Below are positions 9,223 to 17,464 of a stretch of 64,000 nucleotides of DNA, piece after piece (position 1 is the stretch's first letter; the number at the start of each line of letters is the position of its first letter). The stretch comes from Candidatus Nomurabacteria bacterium (lineage in GTDB: Bacteria; Patescibacteriota; Minisyncoccia; Phycocordibacterales; UBA9973), in assembly GCA_943350045.1 (NCBI GenBank), contig CALQZW010000001.1, positions 9,760 to 73,759 of the forward strand, in the 5' to 3' direction. The notes beneath the pieces are model-generated. The model had not been told where the DNA came from. It saw only the letters and a list, made by a program, of their open reading frames with translations, and did no database searches. The position numbers were made by a program, and so were the translations under genes.

Positions 9223-9405
9223 TTAAATACTGCTACTTTGCCATTGAGGCCATGTGCCGTCGGCAAGCATTCCTCCAACACAGCGATACCATCCCGTATA
9301 TCCGGTTGCGTTGTATTCGTATTCGTACGAGCCAATTCTTTGCCAAGAAGTCATATTATTTTTTTTCGAATGAATAAATTTTTGCGAGGTTATTTCTGAA
9401 GCCAT
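9223..9405 (-). CDS. small hypothetical protein (60 aa, Trp/Tyr-rich)
   Basis: A downstream hairpin (AAGGCTGacaaaatatgCCAGCCTT, 9186-9213) suggests a real transcript end. Coding status is uncertain. Confidence 0.3.
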   Translation of the reverse strand: MASEITSQKFIHSKKNNMTSWQRIGSYEYEYNATGYTGWYRCVGGMLADGTWPQWQSSSI

Positions 9406-9683
9406 GTTTGCATCGTCCAGCCATTTTTAGAACTTATGACAAAAGCGCCTTCTGGCTTGGTGGAAATATTTTCTGCATAGAATACGCGCATAGACTTATA
9501 ACTTCTTGAAGAGGTAATAAAGTCTGTTTTTACTGTCTCTGCTTCCACGCCTATTTTTTCAGAAAAAATCTTCGTCTGCTCGGTGAGCATCTTAATGATA
9601 TTTTCCACAAAAAATGATGTATCGGTGTAGCCCGCAACCCAGAATGCGATTTTCTCGCTCTCGGAAAAAAATAAGTCTTTCAT
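9390..9683 (-). CDS. hypothetical protein
   Basis: This is a 97-aa ORF. Confidence 0.4.
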   Translation of the reverse strand: MKDLFFSESEKIAFWVAGYTDTSFFVENIIKMLTEQTKIFSEKIGVEAETVKTDFITSSRSYKSMRVFYAENISTKPEGAFVISSKNGWTMQTWLQK

Positions 9684-9853
9684 AATTATTCAGTTTTTGT
9701 TTAAGAGTGAGCGCAAAGGGCCGATCTGTGACCCGCTTCGCTCACCCCACAAAAACTTATGTTAAATAAGCTATTAATTATTATAATAGCATAATATATA
9801 TATTTAGTCAAGTATCTAAAACTGGCGATATCATACACCGCATACACTTTTTG

Positions 9854-9883
9854 CTCCGAACTTGGGACGATGTTCGAACGGAG
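9854..9883. repeat. intergenic hairpin repeat, copy 1 (CTCCGAACTTGGGAYGATRTTCG core)
   Basis: The sequence is CTCCGAACTTGGGACGATGTTCGAACGGAG. Similar copies lie at 10425-10450 and 11767-11792. Confidence 0.6.
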
Positions 9884-9936
9884 ATAGCAAAAGACCAACT
9901 GTAGAAGTGGGTCTTTAAATTTCATTTAGTCTCTTG

Positions 9937-10392
9937 CTATTCAGCAATTATTATTCTTTTGCTCTGTATCTGACAACCAGCCGAATGAATCGAAAGACTG
10001 AACGCTCGAGAACCACTCACGTCTTTCAGTTCCTGACCAATCGTGGCAGATTCATAGAATTCCTTTGATACTGGAATTTCAAAACTTGCGTTAGCTGTTG
10101 TGAACTCCAGTCCTCTTCGAATTGAAACTTTTAATCCGAGAATGTAAGCAATCTTATTACCGCCTACCTCTGCCTCCTGAAGTTGCACTTTATTCGCAAT
10201 TTCAAGATTCTGAGCATTTAAGTATTCATTTTTTTCGTTAAGTTTTTGCAAGAGGGTTTGCTTGCTAGTAATTTCCGAATCAAGCATTTCTCGTTGACTA
10301 TTGAGTCTTGCCACATCTTCCGAGGTTGTATTGCAAGAAAAAAGCGAGAGAATTCCTAAACACGTAATACTATAGAAAAAACTTTTTTTCAT
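9937..10392 (-). CDS. lipoprotein with a coiled-coil region
   Basis: The N-terminus MKKSFFYSITCLGILSLFSC carries a lipobox LFSC. A Q/E/L-rich heptad segment follows. Confidence 0.55.
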   Translation of the reverse strand: MKKSFFYSITCLGILSLFSCNTTSEDVARLNSQREMLDSEITSKQTLLQKLNEKNEYLNAQNLEIANKVQLQEAEVGGNKIAYILGLKVSIRRGLEFTTANASFEIPVSKEFYESATIGQELKDVSGSRAFSLSIHSAGCQIQSKRIIIAE

Positions 10393-10424
10393 AAGAACAT
10401 TTTTTTTGAAAGTTAGAAAATTTA

Positions 10425-10450
10425 TTTCGAACTTGGGATGATATTCGAAA
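10425..10450. repeat. intergenic hairpin repeat, copy 2
   Basis: The sequence is TTTCGAACTTGGGATGATATTCGAAA. Confidence 0.55.
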
Positions 10451-10513
10451 CACTACAGTGAATAGAAAATAAAAAGATCAGCGTGTATTGCTGATCTTTA
10501 GTTTTAAACCTGC

Positions 10514-11059
10514 TTAATTTGCATACTTATAGAAATAATCAAGAAAATTACCTTCGTTGCAAGTGATGATATTTTTTATATCCTCTACCTTATTCTCCAA
10601 GATTTCTTCACAACTGAGACCCCTGCAAATCTTCCTTACGAGCTCTTCGATTACAAATGAATCAATTTCGCTCGAGATAAATTTCTCGTCGGCTCCAGGG
10701 TTTTCTTGTGTTATCTTTGGAACCACATTTTCTTTTAGAAGGGAATGTTGTATAAAAAATTCTTTTGATATAACAAAATTTGGATTTTTATTCTGCACTC
10801 TGAATCTTACTTCACGAGCGGCGATTCCAAATAGTCTTTCTTGGGACACAGTGGATAGCCTGCTAATATTTCTCGTTACAACTACGTAATAATCCTCTTC
10901 TGTTGAGTAACATGCGTAGGTTGTATCATCTCCCCATTTTTTGTCGTTAAATGCAATAGTATGCACGTGGGTTGTGTCGTTGCTAAATACTATTTGATCA
11001 AGAACGGTTATTCTTATAACCAATTCTTCTGCGATTGCTTGTATTTCTGTTGTGTCCAT
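10514..11059 (-). CDS. hypothetical protein
   Basis: The 181-aa ORF has a terminator hairpin (AAAGATCAGCgtgtattGCTGATCTTT, 10472-10498) just downstream on the minus strand. Confidence 0.5.
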   Translation of the reverse strand: MDTTEIQAIAEELVIRITVLDQIVFSNDTTHVHTIAFNDKKWGDDTTYACYSTEEDYYVVVTRNISRLSTVSQERLFGIAAREVRFRVQNKNPNFVISKEFFIQHSLLKENVVPKITQENPGADEKFISSEIDSFVIEELVRKICRGLSCEEILENKVEDIKNIITCNEGNFLDYFYKYAN

Positions 11060-11067
11060 TTATTTAG

Positions 11068-11116
11068 TTTTTGTGGTTACTAGAGAAACCTCCAGTTGCT
11101 CTAGTAACCACAAAAA
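11068..11116. promoter_or_regulatory. 18-bp perfect inverted repeat (very stable hairpin) immediately upstream of the 10514..11059 start codon
   Basis: The sequence is GTTTTTGTGGTTACTAGAG-aaacctccagttg-CTCTAGTAACCACAAAAA. Neither flank has a U-tract, so this is not a classical terminator. Confidence 0.5.
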
Positions 11117-11155
11117 GGTGTCAAAAAACGCATTTGGATAGATACTACAACAATA

Positions 11156-11710
11156 TTAAGTTTTGTCAAACTTTTGCTCTTGAGATTTTAAGCTATGTAA
11201 AAAATTCCGCTCGTCTTTTATGCTTTTAATAATTATCACCTTCTTTGTTTCTTTGTAGGGTAATATTTTTGCATACTGGTCGGCGGTTGGAGAGTTTAGG
11301 GCAAATTGTATGTCTTTCCATGTGAAAGGATATTTTTGTTTGTTATTACCTCCCATGTCCGGACGGACTTTATTGTAATACTTGAAATATCGTTTTGTCT
11401 GTCTCCAGAGTGTAAGCCATAGGGGTAGGTCATAAAAAACAATAGTATCGGCTTCAGCTATACGCATATCAAAAGTTTTAGACCGATGCATGCTTCCGTC
11501 AATTATCCAACGAGGTTCTTGGAGGATTTTTGAAACAGCTTCTATACCTTCCGCTTGAGAGGCGAATACCTGATTATCTTTCCAAAAAATCTTATCTAAG
11601 TGGTAAACAGGAATATTAAGAATCTTACCTATTTTATTGGAGAGGGTTGTCTTTCCTGATGCTGTGCCCCCGCAAATAGTTATTTTATTCATGTGGAGTA
11701 AGTATACCAA
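11156..11710 (-). CDS. P-loop NTPase, adenylate-kinase-like (topology-modulation-protein family)
   Basis: The Walker A motif ITICGGTASGKTTLS lies near the N-terminus. The real start is probably MNKITIC at 11692. Confidence 0.6.
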   Translation of the reverse strand: MVYLLHMNKITICGGTASGKTTLSNKIGKILNIPVYHLDKIFWKDNQVFASQAEGIEAVSKILQEPRWIIDGSMHRSKTFDMRIAEADTIVFYDLPLWLTLWRQTKRYFKYYNKVRPDMGGNNKQKYPFTWKDIQFALNSPTADQYAKILPYKETKKVIIIKSIKDERNFLHSLKSQEQKFDKT

Positions 11711-11732
11711 AAATCCTGAAACCTACTGATGT

Positions 11733-11762
11733 AAAAAACAGCGCTGTGTAGGCTGTTTTTTG
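11733..11762. terminator. bidirectional hairpin/terminator
   Basis: The sequence is aaaaAACAGCgctgtgtagGCTGTTttttt. Confidence 0.5.
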
Positions 11763-11766
11763 AGTG

Positions 11767-11792
11767 CTCCGAACTTGGGATGATGTTCGGAG
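11767..11792. repeat. intergenic hairpin repeat, copy 3
   Basis: The sequence is CTCCGAACTTGGGATGATGTTCGGAG: a perfect 8-bp stem with a 10-nt loop. Confidence 0.6.
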
Positions 11793-11864
11793 TGCTATTC
11801 TGGGCAAATAAAAAAGGTTAACCAAAGAAGGGTAACCTTTTCATGAAATTTATTCTATTCAAAT

Positions 11865-12053
11865 CTATTCACAGCTTTCGCGCGCGAGGTCTCTTGCTTT
11901 GTTTCTGCATTCCGCACTGTCACAACAAGCAATTGCTGCGTTTTTGTTTTTATTTTCACACGTGGCTTTTGATAAAGCTGTGTTTGGGCAAAATGTACAC
12001 TTTTCCTTTTTTTCGTTGGTGTGTGAGATAAAACTCACTTTGATTTTTCCCAT
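11865..12053 (-). CDS. small Cys-rich hypothetical protein (62 aa)
   Basis: Seven Cys in 62 aa (..CTFCPNTALSKATCENKNKNAAIACCDSAECRNKARDLARESCE). It lies between tRNA-Asn and a terminator. Coding status is unverified. Confidence 0.35.
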   Translation of the reverse strand: MGKIKVSFISHTNEKKEKCTFCPNTALSKATCENKNKNAAIACCDSAECRNKARDLARESCE

Positions 12054-12178
12054 GACGCTGTCTATTTAATTGGTTATCACAAGTCCCAACAGTACCTCTG
12101 AAAACCAATCAAATACCACGTTTAAGAAACACTATTGTAAAAGATAATAGCATATTTTATATAAAAGTCAATACGATG

Positions 12179-12250
12179 CTCCCCCGGCAGGGATCGAACC
12201 TGCGACCAATCGATTAACAGTCGATTGCTCTACCGCTGAGCTACAGGGGA
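12179..12250 (-). tRNA. tRNA-Asn (anticodon GUU)
   Basis: The reverse complement TCCCCTGTAGCTCAGCGGTAGAGCAATCGACTGTTAATCGATTGGTCGCAGGTTCGATCCCTGCCGGGGGAG folds as a cloverleaf with anticodon loop cuGUUaa. Confidence 0.85.
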
Positions 12251-12307
12251 ATATTCATATACAAATGAACTCCCATATAGTATCAAAAATGGTGGTAAAA
12301 TACAAGA

Positions 12308-12526
12308 ATGTATATTCGAGTCCATGCAGTGGCCGGCAGTCGGCGGGAGAGCGTAAAACAGGAGAGTCCTGGAGTGTATGCTGTAACAGTCCGTGAGCCT
12401 GCAGAGCGCAACCTGGCGAACACGCGCATTCGAGAACTGCTTGCCGGGGAGCTGAAAGTTCCTGTTGGTGCCGTGCGGATTATAAACGGTCATCATGGTC
12501 CAACAAAACTATTTTCCATTCTGTAG
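12308..12526 (+). CDS. DUF167 (YggU/UPF0235) family protein
   Basis: IRVHAVAGSRRESV...GELKVPVGAVRIINGHHGPTKLF matches the YggU pattern (V.P.A.....GELKV....P..GKAN..L...LA....V....V.I..G..S..K). Confidence 0.6.
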   Translation: MYIRVHAVAGSRRESVKQESPGVYAVTVREPAERNLANTRIRELLAGELKVPVGAVRIINGHHGPTKLFSIL

Positions 12527-12539
12527 AAGTTCGCCTGAG

Positions 12540-13385
12540 TTAGTTTTTCTGAAAGTCAGCAAATGACATTTCCTTTTTTCCTTCTGGGAGAACTTTTTCA
12601 ATTACAAATTTCTCATCGGCGAAATGTGCCTGCGTGATGATGACGCGAAGTGGCTTGCTGTCCTTTTCGGTGAAGAAGAAGGCGCGAGGCCACTCTTTGT
12701 ATGCGCGGTACTTTCTGTGCGCGAGCGCCTGGTCTCCGTGTATGTCTATTTCCGCATCAGCTTTCTGAATTTTTCCGCAGTGGGTCGCGAGTGTTTCGTC
12801 CTGTTCGCGAGGAAAAATTTCTCCTCGAATTATTTTCGGCAGTGTTGCGACTAAAAGTTGTGCTCCGATTGCCGTGAGGCGAGCGCGGAGAAGAGGAGTG
12901 GTTTCTTCTGTGCCGATATGTACCACCTCTTCGGCAATCACTGGCCCAGTATCGAGCTTTTTTCGCATTATTTGAATTGATACACCTGTCTCTGTATCTC
13001 CGGCTAAAATTGCAGCTTCTGTGGGAGACGCTCCGCGATATTTTGGGAGGAGGGAATAGTGCACATTTATAGTCTGGTGCTTTGGAAGGGAAATGAAGCG
13101 CTCGGGAATGATTGATCCGTATGCCACAACGACGCTCAGGTCGAGATTCATTTTTTCCAGTTCGGCAAACGTCTCGTCGGTGAGTTTTTCTGTTTGAAGC
13201 ACTGGTATCCCATGTTGCTCGGCCCACACTTTTGTTGCTGGGGCAGTGAGTGTCATATGGCGCCCTACTGGACGGTCTGGATTAGTTACAATAACTACAG
13301 GAAGCATCCCAGAGGCCTTAAGGGCTTCTAGGTAGCTGATTGTGAGCTCTGGAGTACCCCAGAATGCTATACGTGGTGTAGACAT
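12540..13385 (-). CDS. fmt: methionyl-tRNA formyltransferase
   Basis: The N-terminus IAFWGTPE...VVTNPDRPVGR, the motif HYSLLPKYRGASP and the C-terminal domain all fit Fmt. It is operonic with def. Confidence 0.9.
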   Translation of the reverse strand: MSTPRIAFWGTPELTISYLEALKASGMLPVVIVTNPDRPVGRHMTLTAPATKVWAEQHGIPVLQTEKLTDETFAELEKMNLDLSVVVAYGSIIPERFISLPKHQTINVHYSLLPKYRGASPTEAAILAGDTETGVSIQIMRKKLDTGPVIAEEVVHIGTEETTPLLRARLTAIGAQLLVATLPKIIRGEIFPREQDETLATHCGKIQKADAEIDIHGDQALAHRKYRAYKEWPRAFFFTEKDSKPLRVIITQAHFADEKFVIEKVLPEGKKEMSFADFQKN

Positions 13386-13388
13386 AGC

Positions 13389-13943
13389 TTATTCAATATC
13401 TTCTGGTACTTGCCCTGGAGCAACATTACGAGCGTTGTCTATGAACAAGATGCCGTTTAGGTGGTCTGTCTCGTGCTGGAAAATGTGAGCAAGTAGTCCT
13501 CCGGCACCACGGGTAAATGACTGGCCGGTTTCGTCGAGCGCAGTAATTGTTGCGTTCGTAGAGCGTTGAACTTCGCCCCACAGCGGGCGAACGGAAAGAC
13601 AGCCTTCGTGCATCCATTTCTTTGTTTTAGAAAGTTTTGTGATGACTGGATTTATGAACACAACGTCATCATGTGTCGGTTCTTCTCCTTCGGGAATACC
13701 AACTCCACGATGGAAGCGAGAATCAAAGATGCGACCAGAGACGACAAAGATGCGCATTGACGCACCGATTTGCGGAGCGGCAATGGCTACTCCGTCGGCC
13801 TGTGCTTTGAGTGCAGTCTTCATGTCACGAATGACTTTCTTTACTTTTGCACTTGCTATTTCGGTAGGAGAAAGCTCCTTCGCGATTGCGCGAAGGACTG
13901 GGTCTCCATTTTGAACTATTGGTATACGTGCTGGGCGTGTCAT
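13389..13943 (-). CDS. def: peptide deformylase
   Basis: The motifs GIAAPQIG, EGCLS and HETDHLNG are present. Confidence 0.9.
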   Translation of the reverse strand: MTRPARIPIVQNGDPVLRAIAKELSPTEIASAKVKKVIRDMKTALKAQADGVAIAAPQIGASMRIFVVSGRIFDSRFHRGVGIPEGEEPTHDDVVFINPVITKLSKTKKWMHEGCLSVRPLWGEVQRSTNATITALDETGQSFTRGAGGLLAHIFQHETDHLNGILFIDNARNVAPGQVPEDIE

Positions 13944-15257
13944 TTACTTCAATGATTTCATGTAGTCTGCAAGGTCCTTGTGTTTGATTATCTCCTGAGA
14001 ACGAGTGTTCATGTTGCGAACGATGACTGTTCCGTCGAGTGCTTCTTTCTGTCCGAAGATGATTGTGTACGGTGCACCAGATTTCTCTGCCATACCAAGC
14101 TGTGCTCCGAGAGAGTCTTTTGAGAGCGCTTGAATCATTGGAATGTGTCCCTTGCGGAGAATTTCAATTACGTTGAGACTCTTTAGTTTTGCTTCAAAGC
14201 CAAGCTGGATGAAGTACACTTTTGGTTTCTTCATGATACGTGGAGTGTGCTTGCTGTACCATGGCATCATAAGGAGACGATCTACTCCGATTGCTGCTCC
14301 CATTGCAGAAACATCTTTCTTTGAACCGAGCTGTTTTGCGAGATAGTCGTAGCGACCTCCTCCGGCGATTGCCATTGGTGCAGAGTCTTCACCCATATCA
14401 ACGACAACTTCAAATACAGTGCGGGAATAATAGGAGAGTCCGCGTACGAGGTTTTTGTTTATAGTATACGAAACCTTCATTTCCTCGAGGTGTTCAAGTA
14501 CTTCTTTGAAGTGCTTCTTACAGCCAGGGCAGAGGAAAGAAACAGACTCTGGTGCTCCTGCGTTTATCTCAATTGTCTTCTCTTCTTTTGAATCAAGAAT
14601 GCGAAGTGGGTTTGTCTTGAGGCGTTCACGATCGAGCGCAGGGAGTGCATTGAGGTGCTTTTTGTAATATGTAGTGAGTTCACGAACATATCCTCCCCGA
14701 CATTCTTTACAGCCGATTGAGTTAATGTCTACAGAAATCGCCGGTGCTCCACTTTCAGTAATGATTGTAGTGAGTGTCTTGATTACGAGAGCATCTACGA
14801 TACTTTTTTCACTACCGAGTGCGTCGAGATCAAACTGGTAAAACTGGCGCCAGCGTCCTTTCTGTGGGTTGTCGTGGCGGAATGTTGGTCCGTATTGATA
14901 GAAGAGCAGTGGCTGTGGCTGAGCGTTCATTCCGTTTTCGATATATGAACGCATGAGTGACGCAGTGTGTTCTGGGCGAAGCGCAAGGTGGTCTCCGCCT
15001 TTTGTGCGAAGGGTATACATTTCCTTGTCGATGATGTCTGTTCCTTCTCCGATTCCTGAAGTGAAGACGTCTTCGTGTTCGAGCATTGGAGTTTCAATTG
15101 GCTTGAAGCCGTAGTACATAGCTACCTCTTGCGCCTTCTCGAAGAATCCCTGAAAGAGATAGTACTCGTCGCCCATGATGTCGCGCATTCCTTTTGGTGC
15201 TCCGAGTTCACGAACTTTTTTTGCTTTCGCGGGTGCTTTTACTTTTGGTGTAGACAT
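13944..15257 (-). CDS. hisS: histidine--tRNA ligase
   Basis: The HisRS motifs GMRD, FRHDNPQKGRWRQFYQ and GGGRYD are present. The stop abuts the def start. Confidence 0.9.
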   Translation of the reverse strand: MSTPKVKAPAKAKKVRELGAPKGMRDIMGDEYYLFQGFFEKAQEVAMYYGFKPIETPMLEHEDVFTSGIGEGTDIIDKEMYTLRTKGGDHLALRPEHTASLMRSYIENGMNAQPQPLLFYQYGPTFRHDNPQKGRWRQFYQFDLDALGSEKSIVDALVIKTLTTIITESGAPAISVDINSIGCKECRGGYVRELTTYYKKHLNALPALDRERLKTNPLRILDSKEEKTIEINAGAPESVSFLCPGCKKHFKEVLEHLEEMKVSYTINKNLVRGLSYYSRTVFEVVVDMGEDSAPMAIAGGGRYDYLAKQLGSKKDVSAMGAAIGVDRLLMMPWYSKHTPRIMKKPKVYFIQLGFEAKLKSLNVIEILRKGHIPMIQALSKDSLGAQLGMAEKSGAPYTIIFGQKEALDGTVIVRNMNTRSQEIIKHKDLADYMKSLK

Positions 15258-15286
15258 ATATGTGAATACTAAGTGGTGGTAATGTT

Positions 15287-15856
15287 TTATGAATTTATCT
15301 CATGCGCTCCTGGAAATACATCGAATGCTGAAACAGGGAAGAGTCTGAGAAAGGCGCGTCCGATAATATTCTTTTCTGGAAGAAGTCCCCAGCGACGAGA
15401 GTCGTAACTTGCGGGTCTGTTGTCTCCCATTACGAAGTAATTTCCTTCAGTAACTACTGTTGTAGATTCGGTAGAGAGTGGGTCGGCAGTGATGTAGTCT
15501 TCTGTAAGAACGATTCCGTCGGGGTGTGTTGTGTTTGAAAGTGTAACAACTCCGTTTTTTACATGGATTGTGTCTCCTGGGATTCCGACGATGCGTTTAA
15601 TAAGGAATACTGTCTTGTCGTATGGAGGGCGAAAGACAATAACATCGCCACGCTGAGGTCCGTTGAATCGGTAAGAGATTTCATCGATGATGAGGTAGTC
15701 TTTGTTGGCAAAAGTAGGAACCATTGAAGTGCCTGAGACGATGAAGGGCTGGGCAATATACGTGCGTACAACGAACACGATAGCTATAACAATAGCGGCG
15801 AAGCGGATGAACTCGCCAGCACTCTTAAAGAACTCAGACTTAGGTTGTGTTTCCAT
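15287..15856 (-). CDS. lepB: signal peptidase I
   Basis: There is a TM anchor, then VSGTSMVPT (Ser box), KRIVGIPGDTI and GDNRPASYDSRRWG. Confidence 0.9.
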   Translation of the reverse strand: METQPKSEFFKSAGEFIRFAAIVIAIVFVVRTYIAQPFIVSGTSMVPTFANKDYLIIDEISYRFNGPQRGDVIVFRPPYDKTVFLIKRIVGIPGDTIHVKNGVVTLSNTTHPDGIVLTEDYITADPLSTESTTVVTEGNYFVMGDNRPASYDSRRWGLLPEKNIIGRAFLRLFPVSAFDVFPGAHEINS

Positions 15857-15953
15857 GGGGCAATTATACTATGCAATAGTACTTGACACCAACACAAACT
15901 ACGTTGCAAAGTAAAATACTGAATTTTTTCTGCGTCTCCTGTATACTACTGTC

Positions 15954-16541
15954 ATGATTACGGTAGTAGGACTTGGAAATCCCGGAGAAGAATATGCACA
16001 GACTCGGCACAATGCTGGGCGAATTGTTTTAGAGTCGCTTGCGCGCGAGTTTTCTTTTTCGGACTGGCGCAGTGATTTGAAAACTCGCGCGCTTATCTGC
16101 AAAGGAACTATGTCTACTGCCACACTACAGTTTGTGTTGCCTGATAATTTCATGAACAATTCTGGTGGAAGTGTGAAGCCGTTTGTGAAAACAGACACAG
16201 ATTTGGAAAAGATTGTCGTCGTCTATGACGATATTGATTTACCGATTGGTACGATGAAGGTTTCGTTTGATAGAGGTACTGGCGGACACAATGGTCTCGG
16301 ATCAATCATGCAGGTACTGGGTACTGGTGCATTTTTACGTGTACGTGTTGGTATTTGTCCAGTAACTCCAGAGGGAGAGATGAATAAGCCAAAAGGCGAG
16401 GGAGCTACCGCGGACTTCGTACTCAAAAACTTTAAGTCGGCGGAGATGGAAGCGCTTGCCTCTGTGACGGAAAAAGTTCGCGATGCCTTGGTTGTGTACG
16501 CAAAGGAAGGGAAGGAGAGGGTGATGAATGTGTTTAATTAA
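15954..16541 (+). CDS. pth: peptidyl-tRNA hydrolase
   Basis: The N-terminus VVGLGNPGEEYAQTRHNAGR is diagnostic. Confidence 0.9.
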   Translation: MITVVGLGNPGEEYAQTRHNAGRIVLESLAREFSFSDWRSDLKTRALICKGTMSTATLQFVLPDNFMNNSGGSVKPFVKTDTDLEKIVVVYDDIDLPIGTMKVSFDRGTGGHNGLGSIMQVLGTGAFLRVRVGICPVTPEGEMNKPKGEGATADFVLKNFKSAEMEALASVTEKVRDALVVYAKEGKERVMNVFN

Positions 16542-16543
16542 TC

Positions 16544-17098
16544 ATGTCTGAAACAGTCCTATTACTATTTTCAGTATTCTTGCTCATTGCTGGTTTTGTT
16601 TTTATCATATTTTTTACTCTCAGGGATGTAATAACACGCAGAGCTCCTTTTATCTCAACACGAAGCAACATTCTCGCAGATATAGTTTCATTGCTTCAGT
16701 TACAAGACGGCTCAGTCGTATATGATTTAGGATGTGGCGACGGTCGCGTTCTTCGTGAGGCCGTGCAAAGAAATCCTGGTAAAAATATTAGAGGGGTAGG
16801 GATAGAGTCTTCGGTGTGGCCGTATATCCTTGCTCGATGGAAGAGTCGAGGACTCTCAATTATCATTCGTCCTGAAAATTTATACACGGCAAATTTTCAG
16901 GACGCTACTCATCTATATCTCTACTTATTCCCTCATGTGTTAAAAGACATCGAACCGCTGATTCTTGCTCAGTGCAAGGCGGGGACGCGGATTGTCTCGT
17001 GTGATTTTCAGTTTCCGAGTCTAAAGCCAGAGAGAGTTGTTGAGATCCCGCACGGGAAATATCAGTTGGGTCGGAAGCTTTTTGTATATGAAATATGA
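16544..17098 (+). CDS. class I SAM-dependent methyltransferase
   Basis: Motif I VYDLGCGDGRVL is present, after an N-terminal TM segment. Confidence 0.7.
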   Translation: MSETVLLLFSVFLLIAGFVFIIFFTLRDVITRRAPFISTRSNILADIVSLLQLQDGSVVYDLGCGDGRVLREAVQRNPGKNIRGVGIESSVWPYILARWKSRGLSIIIRPENLYTANFQDATHLYLYLFPHVLKDIEPLILAQCKAGTRIVSCDFQFPSLKPERVVEIPHGKYQLGRKLFVYEI

Positions 17099-17151
17099 AA
17101 AGAGCTACTCAATTGAGTAGCTCTAAATTTTGCAGATTTCTTGATAAAGAA

Positions 17152-17361
17152 TTATTTCTTCTTCTTATTTTTTTCTTGATTCTTTATTTCATCCGCAAGG
17201 CGCTGTTGGCTTCCGGCAGCATATCCTCTTTGATACTCGTTTCTTGATTCTTTTTGATCAGAGCTTTTTTGTCCAAATATCTCTTTGGTTATACTGTAAG
17301 ATGGAGGTGATGCCTTTCTTCCTTTCTTTCCATCGTTGAAACCATTTTCAAAATATCCCAT
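17152..17361 (-). CDS. small basic hypothetical protein
   Basis: The 69-aa ORF has a Lys-rich C-terminus and is bracketed by terminator hairpins. Confidence 0.35.
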   Translation of the reverse strand: MGYFENGFNDGKKGRKASPPSYSITKEIFGQKSSDQKESRNEYQRGYAAGSQQRLADEIKNQEKNKKKK

Positions 17362-17407
17362 TTGTTAAAATTTAGTTACTTATATTTTACATATAAATAT
17401 ATAAAAG

Positions 17408-17450
17408 TAAACCCCCGCCCGCAGGCGAAGCCTGCGGGCGGGGGTTTGTG
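17408..17450. terminator. bidirectional rho-independent terminator
   Basis: The sequence is AAACCCCCGCCCGCAGGCgaaGCCTGCGGGCGGGGGTTT, downstream of rpsA. Confidence 0.85.
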
Positions 17451-17464
17451 AGATTCAAAAGAAA

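Noticed and set aside
9854-11792. Possible CRISPR array suggested by the repeated 26-30-nt hairpin motif
   Set aside because: There are only three copies, irregularly spaced (~570 and ~1340 bp) and separated by protein-coding genes, and no cas genes are present. It was classified as a dispersed intergenic repeat instead.
12230-12496. 88-aa minus-strand ORF overlapping the DUF167 gene
   Set aside because: The plus-strand frame 12308..12526 matches the conserved YggU/DUF167 pattern. The minus-strand frame has no recognisable features and overlaps the tRNA-Asn 5' end.
12624-13227. ORFs 12624..12854(+) and 12757..13227(-) inside fmt
   Set aside because: They are alternative-frame or antisense ORFs within a confidently identified fmt gene, and their Arg/Ser-rich compositions are typical of out-of-frame reads.
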